64,000 bases of DNA from Oikopleura dioica. Lineage: Eukaryota > Animalia > Chordata. The notes under the pieces were generated by a model that did no database searches, had not been told where the DNA came from, and saw nothing but the letters and a program-made list of their open reading frames with translations. Each line of letters opens with the position of its first letter. Position 1 is the first letter of the stretch. Below are positions 39,901 through 52,657 of the stretch, in pieces. Location: positions 6,324,001 to 6,388,000 of the forward strand of contig OU015566.1 in assembly GCA_907165135.1 (NCBI GenBank). The letters are read 5' to 3'. The translations under genes and the position numbers were made by a program.

Positions 39901-40761
39901 AGTTTCAAAACAAGAGTTATGCTAAGTTCGCACCAGATTTTTCAGAAACTTTCATGATGTGTTAGGGGTTCTTCTTCAGTATTGATTTGCACTGTAAAGT
40001 TATCCTTCCTGGAAAAATCGAAGAGAACAAGAGGGTATTTTGTAATCTTCTCCTCCCGTAGTTCTTTTCGCCGGTAAATTGCGAGTGATTTCTCTTCCTC
40101 CTTACGACCAAAAACTTTCACTTCTCCCCTTTTCAGATCCCAAGCGGGAATCATCGTCGGTTCGTTTTGTATTTTCTCGCACTGATAATACTCACAAGGG
40201 CATCCCGATTTACAGTACTTTTCAAACGGACAGATTTGACCCGCGTCAGAAGAAGTTCTGGTTATTTCAAAACATATAATTTCGCATGGACTAAAACTTG
40301 CAGTCTTCGTTGATTTCAAAATAATACTTCTTGAACACAAGTGGCGGCAAATTTTCTGATCTTTTCTTCGTTTTTTAAAACACTAGAATTTTTTTTATAA
40401 TTCTTTTTTGAAAACGAAGCATAGAAATTCTGCTTTCTGCATCGTAAAAGATTGATTTCGTTTTCTTTTTCCGTGAAAACCAGAGCTGGCTCATTTCGAC
40501 TTTCGAGCTTAGTGAACTCATCCGGCAGATTAAACTCTCTTGTGGTTTTACAACCGTAAAGAAGATGCGCACAGTAATCCATTTCGGTAGTCCTGATACA
40601 CTCTTTGAAGCGGGCTTGGCAGACAGAGGTCAAGTAGGTAGGCTGGATTCTCGAGGCGAGCAAGGAATAATAATTGGCTTGAATGAACAATCAAAAAAAG
40701 AAAGAAGTCGTGACTTACAGATGACAATGATGATGAACCAAAAAATGACGCCAAAGAACAT
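36960..40761 (-). CDS. Large Cys-rich plus Kelch-like family member C with apparently two propeller regions (3' end approximate)
   Basis: MFFGVIFWFIIIVI signal; CPFEKYCKSGCPCEYYQC; DATFE|LKDLIEVEF join links the 38882 and 37891 ORFs; LFIFGGSYD, TTIGG and ATLGG blades. Confidence 0.55.
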
Positions 40762-40833
40762 GTAAGAAACAAATTGTTTCTTAGTCGCGTAGCCACTAAA
40801 ATTCAGTGCTGATGTTTTCAAATAGCTAAAAAC

Positions 40834-41575
40834 TCACTGGACAGCAAAGCGTTTCCACGATTTCCAGGCATCATCCTCTTCGAATTCATCCGAAAACAAG
40901 CCAGTGTATTTGTTAGGCTTTGTCGTTTTCCGGCTTTCGAATTCGAGCGTCTGCCTCAGTCCTTCTCTTTTTATTTCGATGATATTTAGTAGCTCCATTT
41001 CACTTTTGATGAATTTTCTGGCTCTTTTCATTTTAACCTTCGTCTTGTCAATCAGTCCCGATTCATTTATACCCTCATCCGCCGATATATTTAACTCCTC
41101 TGCTACTCGTTTTGCCTCCTTTAGACTCATTTTAAAATCTTTCATTCCATTCAAGTACTTTGGCATAAAGAAACCCCCACCAAGCTCTGGCAATGTGGTC
41201 TTCACCTTGTCTGGCCGGAGAACTGTACCCTCTGCGGTGTTCCACAAAGTTCCAATGCAATTACATTCGAGGCATCTAACCAGCTGTTCCTGATGCGCTT
41301 CAATGATCGTTTCATCGTCAACGGGCTTGATCTCTTCCTCTTCTTCTGTGCCAAATTTAAAAATCATTGAAGACGACTGTCAGACTCGCGAAATGAGTAA
41401 AAACGTCGGGTTCTTGATCTATACCGAGCTCGTAATTGCTATGATCTTAAGCTTCCTGCCCTTCAAAAATGCAGAGCAAAGAAGACATCATCGTCTTGAG
41501 TTTGTTCAAGTTCGTATTTAAATTTTAAAAATACAAAAAATAAATTCTTGAGAAATGAGTCTCTTGTGTCGCCAT
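40834..41575 (-). CDS. Uncharacterised protein (start uncertain; apparent frameshift near 41360)
   Basis: 177-aa ORF 40834-41367 extends into an upstream frame across an A5 run; no family recognised. Confidence 0.45.
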
Positions 41576-41820
41576 AGGAAGAAAATTTCTTAAACCAAAA
41601 CATTTCTGACAGACATATAGACAATAAACAAAATATAAAACAAAAGGGCGAATCATTTCATTCAAGTTCACATCCGAAAAGACGCAAATCACCGTAAAAC
41701 GTTGCCTATAAAATGGCACGTATTCTCGATTGCATGTCATATTTACTCAGTTACTATTTGCCCCGAACTTTTTATAAAAGAGATTTTTCCTTGCTCTAGC
41801 ATTTGTTCCAAATATCTAAG

Positions 41821-44752
41821 ATGAGGCTTCCTCTTCTTTTTTCGGGAATTTTTTGCCACGATGGTCCCCACTCGTGGCCAATAAATAGACTTACAAATAC
41901 AGAGATATCAGTAAAAGTCAACAGTAATTGGCTCGACAAAGGAGGTTACGAGTTCGAACTTTTTATCACTCCTTCTGGAGATTTGGCTAACAATGCAACA
42001 CGTATGTACTGGTTTTTTGATTTTATGCTTATTCGATTAAAGACAAATGGGAATTGTGCTTTGACACACCGATGCCGACTGGAGAGACAAGCGAACAAAT
42101 GCAACAAGCCCGAGAGTTGCCAGGTCTTTCGCTGGGCTTCAGAAATTGCAATATTTTTCAATACCCTGGTACTCATCGTTGTCTCCGCGACTGCGATTCG
42201 CATCCAAAAGATGAAGAAATTGGCTACAAAATTATCGCTAATCCTCATTCACTTGCGAAATCAGATTTCTTTGGGAACTTTTACTTCGTGACTCATGATG
42301 ACAGCCAAAAACACGGGGATGAAAACACACGACAAGCATATTTTAGTAAAAGCGAAGTTTCACGCGCGGAGCCTGTATATATAAGTGCCATCTATCTCAT
42401 CGACCTTGATCAAGAATTCATTGCAATCGAAGAGGTATTGAGTACTCAATGCAAAGGCTCTGTTTGCAAAACACAGGATTTTGTGCAAGACCCAACTGAG
42501 GAAAGCCAGCTACTTAACAAAGAATCCAGTAAGTGGCTACCGTGGACGCCTGAAGAACGATACGAACGAAACCAGAACGAAAACGATCCCTCGACAGACG
42601 CGGAAATCGCTCCAGTTACTGACGATTCTTTGGAAATACGAGTGTTGCACGTTGACATCGCAAGAAATTTCCACAGCCTGGAAACGTTGGAAAAAATACT
42701 CAAAGAAATGGCCGTGGTGAACATGACGCATCTTCATCTACATGCGACGGATGATGAAGGTTGGAGGATTGAGATTCCTGCCTTGCCAGAATTAACGACA
42801 ATCGGAGCTCATCGATGTGCTCCTATTCAAAACGAGCCATGCATGATTCCTCAGGTTACTAAACAATACCTCAGAACAAGGTTAATTAAAAAAATTCAGT
42901 ACGGAAGTGGGTTATCTAAGGACGCACCACAAAATGGCTTCCTTAGTGTCGACCAGTACAAGCAGCTCCTGACGACTGCTGCCGACCTTGGAATCCACGT
43001 CATAACAGGTAGCCTCGAGTGAACTTTCGAGTGTCTTTGAAGTTTAATTTGAGAAATAAACGGCCCTGGACACGCGCGCGCTGCTATAGAAGCAATGAAA
43101 CTTAGAAACGACGAAACATTCTTCCTTCACGATCCCAATCAGACCGTTTTCGACGTTCCTAGCGTGCAATTCTTCACCGATAATGTAATGAATCCCTGCC
43201 AGGAATCCACTTGGACTTTCTTGGAGACAGTGATTTCTTATCTCAAATCCGTGCACGACGAATTCAATGGTTTCCATGAAATCATTCATCTTGGAGGCGA
43301 CGAAGTAGCACATCTAAATTATGCTGGGGATCAAAAGTTCCCCTGGGAAAATTTTCCGTCTTGCGAGAAAATGATCGAGGCAAATAGACAAGATCCAAAC
43401 AGCTCTTGGGAAAACGGAAGACCCACGGATATGAGCGAGCTTCAGTGGTATTTTACTTCAAAGTTCATGAAAATTGTCAAGGTAAAACGCTTCCGTTAAT
43501 ATTGACAGGCTCCTAAATCAAACGTCCTCAGGATAATGGCTTTACAGCGGGAGCTTGGGAAGAGTCCTTCCTGGACAAGTGGACCGATAAAGGATAGCGG
43601 TTCTAAATCAAGGAAGATATCTGACTTGATTTACGATTTTCAACCGCAAGTAGCGTTTCCAAAAGTCCAGCCACTCGAGAAATTCGGAATGACTGCTTCT
43701 GACAATGTCCACGTATTCGTCTGGAACATTGACTGGGAATCAGAAGTGAAAGACTGGCCATACCAATTTGCAAACGAAGACTACAAAGTTGTCATGACGC
43801 CCGGTTAGTTGAGAGGAGTTCGAATTTGAACATGATTCTTTCTTTTGTTAGCTACGCATCTGTATTTGGACCATCCGAATGAGCCGCATCCTTCGGAAAC
43901 GGGATTTTACTGGGCGAATAGATTTACTGATATGAAGATTATTTACGGCTTCCAGGAAGGGCTTTTATATCACTGAATGCATCAATCATAAGAATAACCC
44001 CTTCATGTGGCGATAAGTCGTAAGCTCCAAAAAAGGTCTATGATTTGTACAAAAACTCTGCTTTCGCCATGAATTGGTCCCCTCTCGGCCCCGGAACTCC
44101 TGTGCCACCAAACTACAAATGCGATGCAAACGGGCAAGATGCTTGTGTCAAACTAGAAGAGTCGAAAAAGTCAAACATTGTTGGTCTTCAATGCTCAACT
44201 TGGAGCGGTAAGGCCGCGGAAGATTTCTCCCCTATCATATTCAGAGTCGCTGCTAACATCCGAACTGCTCCTGAAAAATATCTTCCCTCGAGTGTACGCT
44301 TGCGCAGCCCGGGCTGCTCAACCTACCCCAGTTTTTGACACGGCCGAAACTCCAGAATTCGATGCCGATTTCACTAAATGGGTTTCAAAAGTCAAGCCTC
44401 ACATGCAACGACTTTCAGATAACGATGTCGATTTCTATTTAGGAACGGAATTTACACAATGTTAAAACTTTTGAAAGTGAAACTGGTGTAAATTATAAAT
44501 GAAGCGCCTCCTGGAGCAAAATGCGAAAATGGCAAGGTCCTAACAAATCACCAGATTCCGGGAATCGACGTAATTGTCGAGGAGAACGATTCTATTCGCG
44601 AAGACTCTGTCTTCACCGCCCAAGCTACTCTTGGGAAGACGAAGAGCCGCTCCGTTGAGATTACCTGCGAATCTGCTGGCGATGGAGATGGGGGTGGAAG
44701 CGCTTCAGTTGCGTTTTTCTCCCTTTCTATGATTGCGATGCTCCTTGTTTAA
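41821..44752 (+). CDS. Beta-N-acetylhexosaminidase, GH20 chitobiase type, with predicted GPI anchor
   Basis: RVLHVDIARNFHS, HLHATDDEGWRIEIPALPELT, EINGPGHARAA, catalytic IHLGGDE, YLDHPNEPHPSETGFYWANR, APPGAK; N-terminal signal; C-terminal GGGSASVAFFSLSMIAMLLV*. Confidence 0.88.
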
Positions 44753-44868
44753 TAAAATTGACAAATCAGCTAATGAGCAAGATGTTTTATTGGAAGGCAG
44801 TTTGTAAGTTAGACATGTGATAATAAATTTTACTAAAATGGAATTCGGGAGGATGAAAGAAAGGAGAT

Positions 44869-47800
44869 TTAGCATTCTGTATTCGACTGCGGATTCACAG
44901 CATCGCGGAGGAGGACGTCTTTCAGATGAACGAGGGCTTGCTTCAGGCTTCGGTGGTTGCCCTGGTTTCGTAGCCAGTGCGTTGGAAGATTCTTAAGAAA
45001 GAATTAATACTACAAAACTTTCTGAGGGCTTACCATCGTTTCTGCTCGCTGAGGATGAACAGAAGCGATCATCTTGTCCCACTTCGAAGCAGGTGGCTTT
45101 CCACCGTCCAAACCTTCCATGTACTTCATATAAGCATCCGAGTGAAGAACCCTCGTCGGTTTGGGAGGATTCGTTACCAACGGTCCAATCGCTCGTGATT
45201 GAATTTCTCCTTGTCGAACTAAAAATCCGTGAAGATGTGAAACAAATTGTCTCTTTCTTACCGTTTGTGTGGGGTTTCATCGGGCTCTGAGCAATTCTAG
45301 TGACGGTGTGTGTTTGAGCGACGGTTTGAGCTTGTGCGATTGGATTTGCTGCGACGTACTGTTGCGGTGTTGCTGGAGGCGGGTGTCCATTTGCTTGGCC
45401 AGGGCTTTGAGGCTGGAATGCTACGAAAAGGAAGGTTAGAATGATGTGGAAAATATGAAGAAAAAATAAGTTTTTGTTTGATAAATGAAGTTCATGCAAA
45501 AATAAAAGAGAGTTGGGATGATAAATCGTCGTTTTTTCTTCTGAGAAAATCTTACTGGAAGAAGTATTTAAACTTGATATCTTGACAGGCTTGAGGTTCC
45601 CAAGAGTTCTATTTGCTTCCTTTGTCTTTTGTTGAGTACTTGCCTCGGGAAATTCGACTGGCTCAAGGATAGTCGCAAAATCATCAATCGGTGCGATTGG
45701 TATTTTTCCTTTTATAAGTTTGTTTCTCAGCGATTTCACAGAATTTAATGCGTCACTGTGCACTTGCTAAAGCTTCGAGTTACTTACCCGTTGTTTCTTT
45801 TCAAAAGCTACCTTTGTTTTTATCAATTTTGCTTGTAAATCATGTAAATCTGCGAGCGTTCGGTGTTTTTTCTCATGTTTGCTTGTAATGTCGCTTTGAG
45901 ACCCCTCAAATGTCTCCTGATTTGCCCCAAACCCTGGCTAACAGATTCTTTTAACAGGCATATCGGGCTGTTGATGCGTTAACGAGGGCTTTAGTTCTTT
46001 GAATGCTTTCCTTGAGCTGGGTCTGAGGGCTCGCAAAGGATGTTATCTAATGACTCCCAGTTTGGCGCCCATTCGTTGTCATTAAAAATGGGAATAACAG
46101 GCACCTGCGCGACGTGACGACTGCGCTCAGAGACCCAATACTTACCCTGCGAGTGGTTAGAATCTTCGCCGACGGAGTCAGATTCGAGCATTTCCATTTC
46201 GCGGCGTCGCTTGTCTTCGACTTTCTGTTGGTCGAGTCTTTTCTGCGCCTCCGCGACCTAAAAGGATCAATTCAAAATGAAACATCAACAGACCAGCAAT
46301 TTACCTTTGCTTTGGCCTTATCTTCATATTCCTTCTTCTCTTCAGCAGAAAGCGCTCGCCAACGCTCTCCGATGATCTTTGACAAATCGCCAAAGCCAGA
46401 TTGCGGGTTTTCCTCTCGAACTTGTTTATTAACCGCGGCTGTGAAGAGAGTGTATCCAGTTTGAGATAAGCCAGAACCTTTCGTGCTTCCCTTCGTTCTT
46501 TTGCCTGTTTTGGGTGTTTCGGTTCGAGAGCTTTGCGTTTGCTGGAAAAAACGATTAAAAAGGGAAGGAAAAAATGATAATTACCTGCATTTGGGGAGTA
46601 AACGGCGCTCTCTGTATAGGTACAGGAGAAGAAATTGCCGGATAGCTCGGCCCAGGGGAATTAGCGAATGGATGAGGGCTACAGATGCATTAATTCCTTA
46701 TGATCTCTCTCTTTTTTGAACTGAGATATACTCGCCAAGTTTGCCGATAAATTGAAAACAAAAACGCCTCGAAGAGAACCCAGAAAATGATCGATTTTAG
46801 GACTCGAAATTCGCGCGCATCTCATTCCAAAATCGATAATTTAGGGGTTCCCTTCGAGGGATTTATGGAAAATCTTGGGTTGTTCTTTCGTGTTACCTGT
46901 GGGACATTGGCGGCCTCTGAAGATGTGGCATCGGCATTCTATGCATGAATCCCGGCGGTGGAACTGGCGAGCCAGGGTGATGATAAGGCGATCCAGGATG
47001 CATCGGCGGACGAGCATGCATTTGCGGCGCAAAACCCGGTCGAGGAGGAAAGCCCTGGTGCGGGTGGTGCTGAGGCTGTTGGTGCTGCGCTGGAGTTGCA
47101 GCTCCGTTTTGCTGCGCTTCGAATGTTCGTTTGCGAATTTCCGCTTTGACCATTTGATCGAGCCGTGGCGAAGGAGTCGGGAGCAGCGGAATCGGCTTGT
47201 CGGTGAAGTAAAAGTACTCGTCGTCGACGACGCGGTTCGACGGAGAATAACGCTTGAAGCTTCGAATCTTTTTCAGCATCAATTTCGGCTGTCCGTTTTC
47301 GATGAATTCTTTGTAGTTCGCCTCGTGGAAGTACACGTGATTTTCCTGGATATTCACTGGTCGCATTGTTTGGAAGTCAGGCTTGACGAGGACGCAGCAT
47401 TTTCCGCGAATCGTATGCATCGGAATTATGTGCTCCGTTCCAGTCATGATGAGTTCTTTGAAGTGAAAGTTTCGCACTGGCTCGTGTTGGCACTCTTCGG
47501 GGCGGTGGTACATAATGGCTTTGCACATGACGTTGTTTTGATGATCCTTCCAGATTTTGACAATCCTGGCGATTCTTGGCCCGCGGGTGTCGTTTACCGA
47601 GAGGTAAACGCAGTCGTCGATTTTGTAGAGAATCGGAGGCATGTTTTGCTGCGGGTGGGGCATGTGATATTGCAGGAAATAGGTACAGCCGTCGTTGCCA
47701 AGGTTGATTTCGGTCTCGATATCTTCTGTTTCTACTTGGAACATGTTTGACATTGCGTCGACGTCCCATGTCTCGCCGTTTTGCGGGGAAAAGTCTCCTT

Positions 47801-50289
47801 CTTCACGTCGCTTTTTCAGATCTTCCAGGGAGTCTTCTATATCCCCCAGGCCATAAGCACAAGCAGGGGAGGAATAAAGCTGTCCGCTTTTTGTCAAAAC
47901 ATCTCGTTTTTCGATAAATTGCTTGTGCAGCTCCAGCGAAAGCTTCCAAATCTCATCTCCCGGCTCACATCGTTCGCGAATCGCCTCAAAGAGCGAGAAA
48001 ACATGTCCTTGATAGACGTCGAGTCTTCTGTATCGCTTCGCGTCAAGCCAAACGCCAATGTCTCCCAATTTTCTCGGTCGATTTCTCTCCACTGGAATAA
48101 AATCGGCGAGGACTTCTTCGATCTTTTGAAAGTTCGAATTCGACAACATGTGTTTCTGCAAATCGCGCATCATCTGCTGAAGGAAGCTTTGAGGATCCTG
48201 AATTTTGAACACTGGATTTGGATCTTCCCGCGTTCCGTTTTCGATCATGTGCAAACAGTCGATCGCCACCTTGTGGAGAATCAGCGCATCCTGGTAGATC
48301 GTCGAACCGGGCTCGTTATAAATCGTCGCGTTTTCGAAGACAAGTAGGAGTTCTTCCATGAATTCTTCAATGTTCTTGTAGCCGTTTTCCTCTGGGATTT
48401 TTTTCACCCGCGCTTGGATTTTATCCAGATCCATTGGTCGCTTCACGACGCGATAATAGTCCGGCAGCTCGATTTTCGATGGCAGCGATTGAAACATCAT
48501 CGCGAGATTTCGCCCCATTCCGTCTTCTTGCTTATTGACTCGGTGAAGGATGAAATCGTACTTGGTCTTTGGTCCGGCTCTCCAGCCAGGTTGAGTCATT
48601 GTCTCCGCTTTTCCTACCTTCTCCGGAGTGACAGGGATGTTCTTCTTTTGGCAAATCTCTTTGACCTTGTTGGTAGCTACTTGTTCGAGAATATTGGCGT
48701 CGATGAAGACTTGGGAGTTTGGCTCGTTGTATTGTTTGGCGTTTTTGCACATAAGACTAATGTCCTGCATTAGTTCTTCGAGAGAAGAGTACTGCCCGCT
48801 GGAGATCTTTTTGTCGATGCTGCCCATGTCCATCGGCTCCTTGATGATCTGGTAGTAGTCTGGGTAGATTTCCGGATCGGGTTTGACCATGAAGAGCGCG
48901 CAAACTTGCCGCCCGGTTGGATCTTTCTGGCTAAAAAGCGCGTTGTAGACAGATCGCTGGAGACGATTTCCTTTGGCTCTTTCTTCGTTGTTGTCCTGCG
49001 CGGAATTATGCGACTTGCGCCCCTTTTTCTTTGGCTCTTTTTTCTTCGGCGAAGGTTTTGGCGACGCGGAGCCTTCAGACATTTGATCGCCGAACTGCGC
49101 CTCGATCTCGATTCTCTTCGTCCTGGCGACTCGCATCATTTGCGTCGCGTCCATGAAGATTTGCGACCCCTCCATGTTGTATTCTCGAGCGTTGTTGCAC
49201 ATGAGCACGATGTCGTCTTCCATCTGCTCGAGGTTTTTGTATCGCCCTTTTATCACCTTCTGGCGGATTTTGTCCAACGCGATCGGCTAAAAATGAAGTT
49301 ATTGTCTAAAAAAGACTACAAAAATTGAATAGGGTAAATGACAGAAGTCTTTCGTACCTGTGTAATATCTTCATAATAATCAGGATATTGTTTCTTCGAG
49401 GGGAGCTGCAAAAACGGCCCGGAAATCGGGTCTCCATCGCTATCTGTTAGCAGCACGATGTTATCAAAGAACAGCGAGTACGGATCATCATTATCTCCGA
49501 TCACGTAATCGTTTTCATCGTCCGGCCTTTCTGGCTTCACCGACGCCGGTTTCACCGCAGTCGGTCCCTTTTTCGCCGGAGTTGCTTTTGCCGATTTCGC
49601 TGCTTTCGGAGTTTTGGCCGTTTTTCGCGGTCGTGGAATCGGGATTTCTTCCTCAGACTCCTCCTCTGCTTCGTCTTCCGATTCCTCTTCGCTGGAACTC
49701 GCATTGCTAGCCATTTTCGCCAGCGTCTTTTTGAAAACTGCCCATAGTGCGCAACCATCAATATACTCCTGTAGTGGGCTCGGAAACAAAGAATTTGAGC
49801 TCAGGAAAAGGTAAGGAAAGCGATTCATAAAAAGCCGCGTAGCGGCTTTGTCAGAATAGAAAGAATAGAATAAAAGGGTTTCCTCAGGATTCTATTCAAG
49901 TTGTAGAGCCCAGTTCCTTGTCATTTACGTCGTAGAACTTTTTCGCGTTGTCTGTGAGTAGTTCTACGTCTTTTTGAAAAAGATCGAAATCAGGATACTC
50001 GTCGTTTCTTATTTTTCGCTGGATAGTGGAAAGATCAATTGGGGATTCGATGATTTTGTAGTATTCCGGATTCGAGCGTTTTTGAGGGAGACGGTTGAAA
50101 GGAGCGCTGATAAGGTCCCCGCTGTCGTCTAAAATGGGGGTGATAAGCATGGAAGATAGAAGGGAAAACTTTACCTTTGTAAGTTTTCATCGCGTCGAAG
50201 ATTTCTTGGAACTTGGCTGGCTTGAACTTTTTGGGACTTGGGGTGCCCGCGACGGAGCCACCTTTGCGGCGAGCCCCGCTTTTTCCCAT
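44869..50289 (-). CDS. PBRM1: Polybromo-1 / BAF180 (5 bromodomains, 1 BAH, HMG box)
   Basis: Tandem bromodomains (PDYY...P.D/PMD...NA..YN), RYRRLDVYQGH-type last bromodomain, BAH (RPEECQHEP...GKCCV), HMG (TGYTLFTAA...GERWRAL), C-terminal PPKPTRVLHSDAYMKYMEGL and LPTHWL. Confidence 0.92.
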
Positions 50290-50814
50290 TTCGAACTTTT
50301 CTGAAGATTTTGAATTTTAACGAACAGAAAATAATAAAGCTTCTCAAAACAAAGAAAAAATAGATCAATAAGTGTCTGGCAGTAAATATAGAGCCTATCG
50401 CGAATTCTTAATGACTCTGAAAAAGAGCTGTTTTCATTTTATCATTTTCTCTTCACAAGTCATTCTCTCTTTCGCTTTTTTGTCGAAAAACGAACATTCA
50501 TTACGCGCTCGATTTCCCGCCCAAAAAAAGCTGAAAATCGCCCACGCGCGCGACCGTGGGAAAACGCAACGCCCAGGGCTGGAAGCAGAAATCAACGAAG
50601 AAAACAGACAAAAAATGCAAAAAATGGAAAATGTCTGAAAACAATCGGAAATCTCTAATGTTCGAGTTTGTCCATGTTTTACTTCAGTTGTAGATATCGA
50701 TCGATTATGGGTCCCCCCCCCCGGAGTACAATTCTGAATTGGAAGAAATCTCTAGAAAAGTTGTTATCTTCTGACTGAAAATGCTGCTAGTTTCAGATAA
50801 AGAAATCTTCAAAA

Positions 50815-52481
50815 ATGAGAGTTTTGAGCATTCTCCTGTTTTTTCTTGCGGCAGATGCAAAAAGAAAGAAACGAGGAAGAGTCAAGGGAGGAACGAAAGT
50901 TAACAGCGCCACCAAATATCCCACTTATGTGGCGCTTGTTAAAAAAAATTTCTTTCCTTTTTGGTAAGAAAATAATCAAAATTCTTATTTTCAACTTTCT
51001 AGCGGCGGATCGATTTTGGACGAAACAACGATCCTTACTGCTGCTCATTGCCTACCCAGCACTGATCACATCATCGTCTTTGGAACGAACAAACGGGGAA
51101 GCACCCTTTCCAGCAGCGAAAAACGCACCAACACGGTCGGAATCAAAAGCGTCAACATCATTGGTAACATCATTGCGGGGAAAAATACGTGGAACAACGA
51201 CTGGGCTATTGTGAAGTTGGCGAAACCGCTTCAATTCGGACCGACTGTGGCAAAAGCTGAGCTTGGCACTTGGAAAGAGTTTGAGCAATATGTTTTGGTA
51301 AACGATGAATTCAAACTCGTTTTGACTAAGTTTGTGTTTTTAAGAAAGGAAACGATAAATGTACTGTAATTGGAAACGGTAGAACGGATGGACAGTATTC
51401 AGGTAAACTCGACTACACTGTACTTCTCGATTTAGAATTTAATCATTTTTCAGAGGTTATGAAAGAAGGCAAAGTCAGCTTCGTAAAACCAAAACCTTCT
51501 GTCGGGGGATCCGATCCGCGCCAGCAATGAGACACTGCATGAATCTGGGAGGGAAGAACTGTTTCGTCTTCAAAAACACGGAAAGAGTGCTTGTCGGTTC
51601 TGGTGACTCCGGCGGGCCGATGTTCTGCAAAGGCGACGGTGGCAAAATGAAAGTGTTTGGAGTTGCCTCTTGGGCGACGAACGGCCCGGCGAGTGACCTT
51701 CAAAAAGGGTTCATGGGCTACGCTCCTGTTTTCTCTCCAGAGGCGCAGAAACACCTCGGCCAGTGGAATCCTCAAAACAGACCGCCGAATGCAAACACTT
51801 TCCAGGGCTTCGACAAAATGATGGAATATTATTTTTTCAAGAAAGAACTGCCTGATTGGGCGAAAGGCTCTGCATCCTCCTCAGGCTCCTCCTCATCAGG
51901 TTATTCAACTGGTTCTTATCAAAGTGGAAGAAGTTCTTCCACTGGATCATCTTACCAGAGTCAAAATTCGCGCTCGCAAGGCAGGGTTCAATTTTTATGA
52001 ATTAAAATTGTTCAACCAATTCAAAGAAAAAAAAAACGACAAACCCAAAAAAGGCACGACAGGTGGAAAATTGCCCCGATGCTCTTATTGCCCTCCACGA
52101 AACAAGCCTCTTCAGGCCCCCAAGAGAAGCCAATACAGTCAGCCTCAGTACAAGCCACCACCTTCATATGCCAGAAATCCCCCTTCTCGATCGCCGTATT
52201 CCGGCTCTTCTTCATCGAACAACCGATATCCCTCGAGAAAACCAGTTTATAATTCTCGCAATTCCGGTTACACTGGCAATTCCCGATCGTATAATTCTGG
52301 TTCTCCCTCTGGATCATCCTACCAGAATCAATATTCAAAATATTCTCCGAGGAAACCATCTTACAATCCTCCGAAATCTGGCTACGGCTCGCGAAATTCT
52401 GGCAATTCTGGATCACCAAGCTCAAACGCCCGGCCCAACTATCAAAATCGAATCAGTGGTCGATACAGACCCGGAGGATAA
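50815..52481 (+). CDS. Secreted S1 serine protease with Ser/Tyr/Pro/Arg-rich C-terminal tail, copy 1
   Basis: Signal peptide, KRKKRGR|VKGG activation site, triad TAAHC / NDWAIVKL / GDSGGP. Confidence 0.85.
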
Positions 52482-52657
52482 GAAATCATGTTTTCTACAA
52501 ATTTCACTGTTTTCTCATTTTAACTGCCCTGTTATCAAAAATAAATATTTTTCGAAAAATTCAAAATTTCAATTTCAATTTTGCTCGTAAAAATCTCTAG
52601 AAAAACTGTTTTCTTCTCGCTAAAATGTCCTCCAGCGTCAGAAAAGAGTGACAAAAA

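Noticed and set aside
46875-48855. Long plus-strand ORFs (up to 291 aa) opposite PBRM1
   Set aside because: Antisense shadows of the GC-rich PBRM1 exon, with no independent coding signal.
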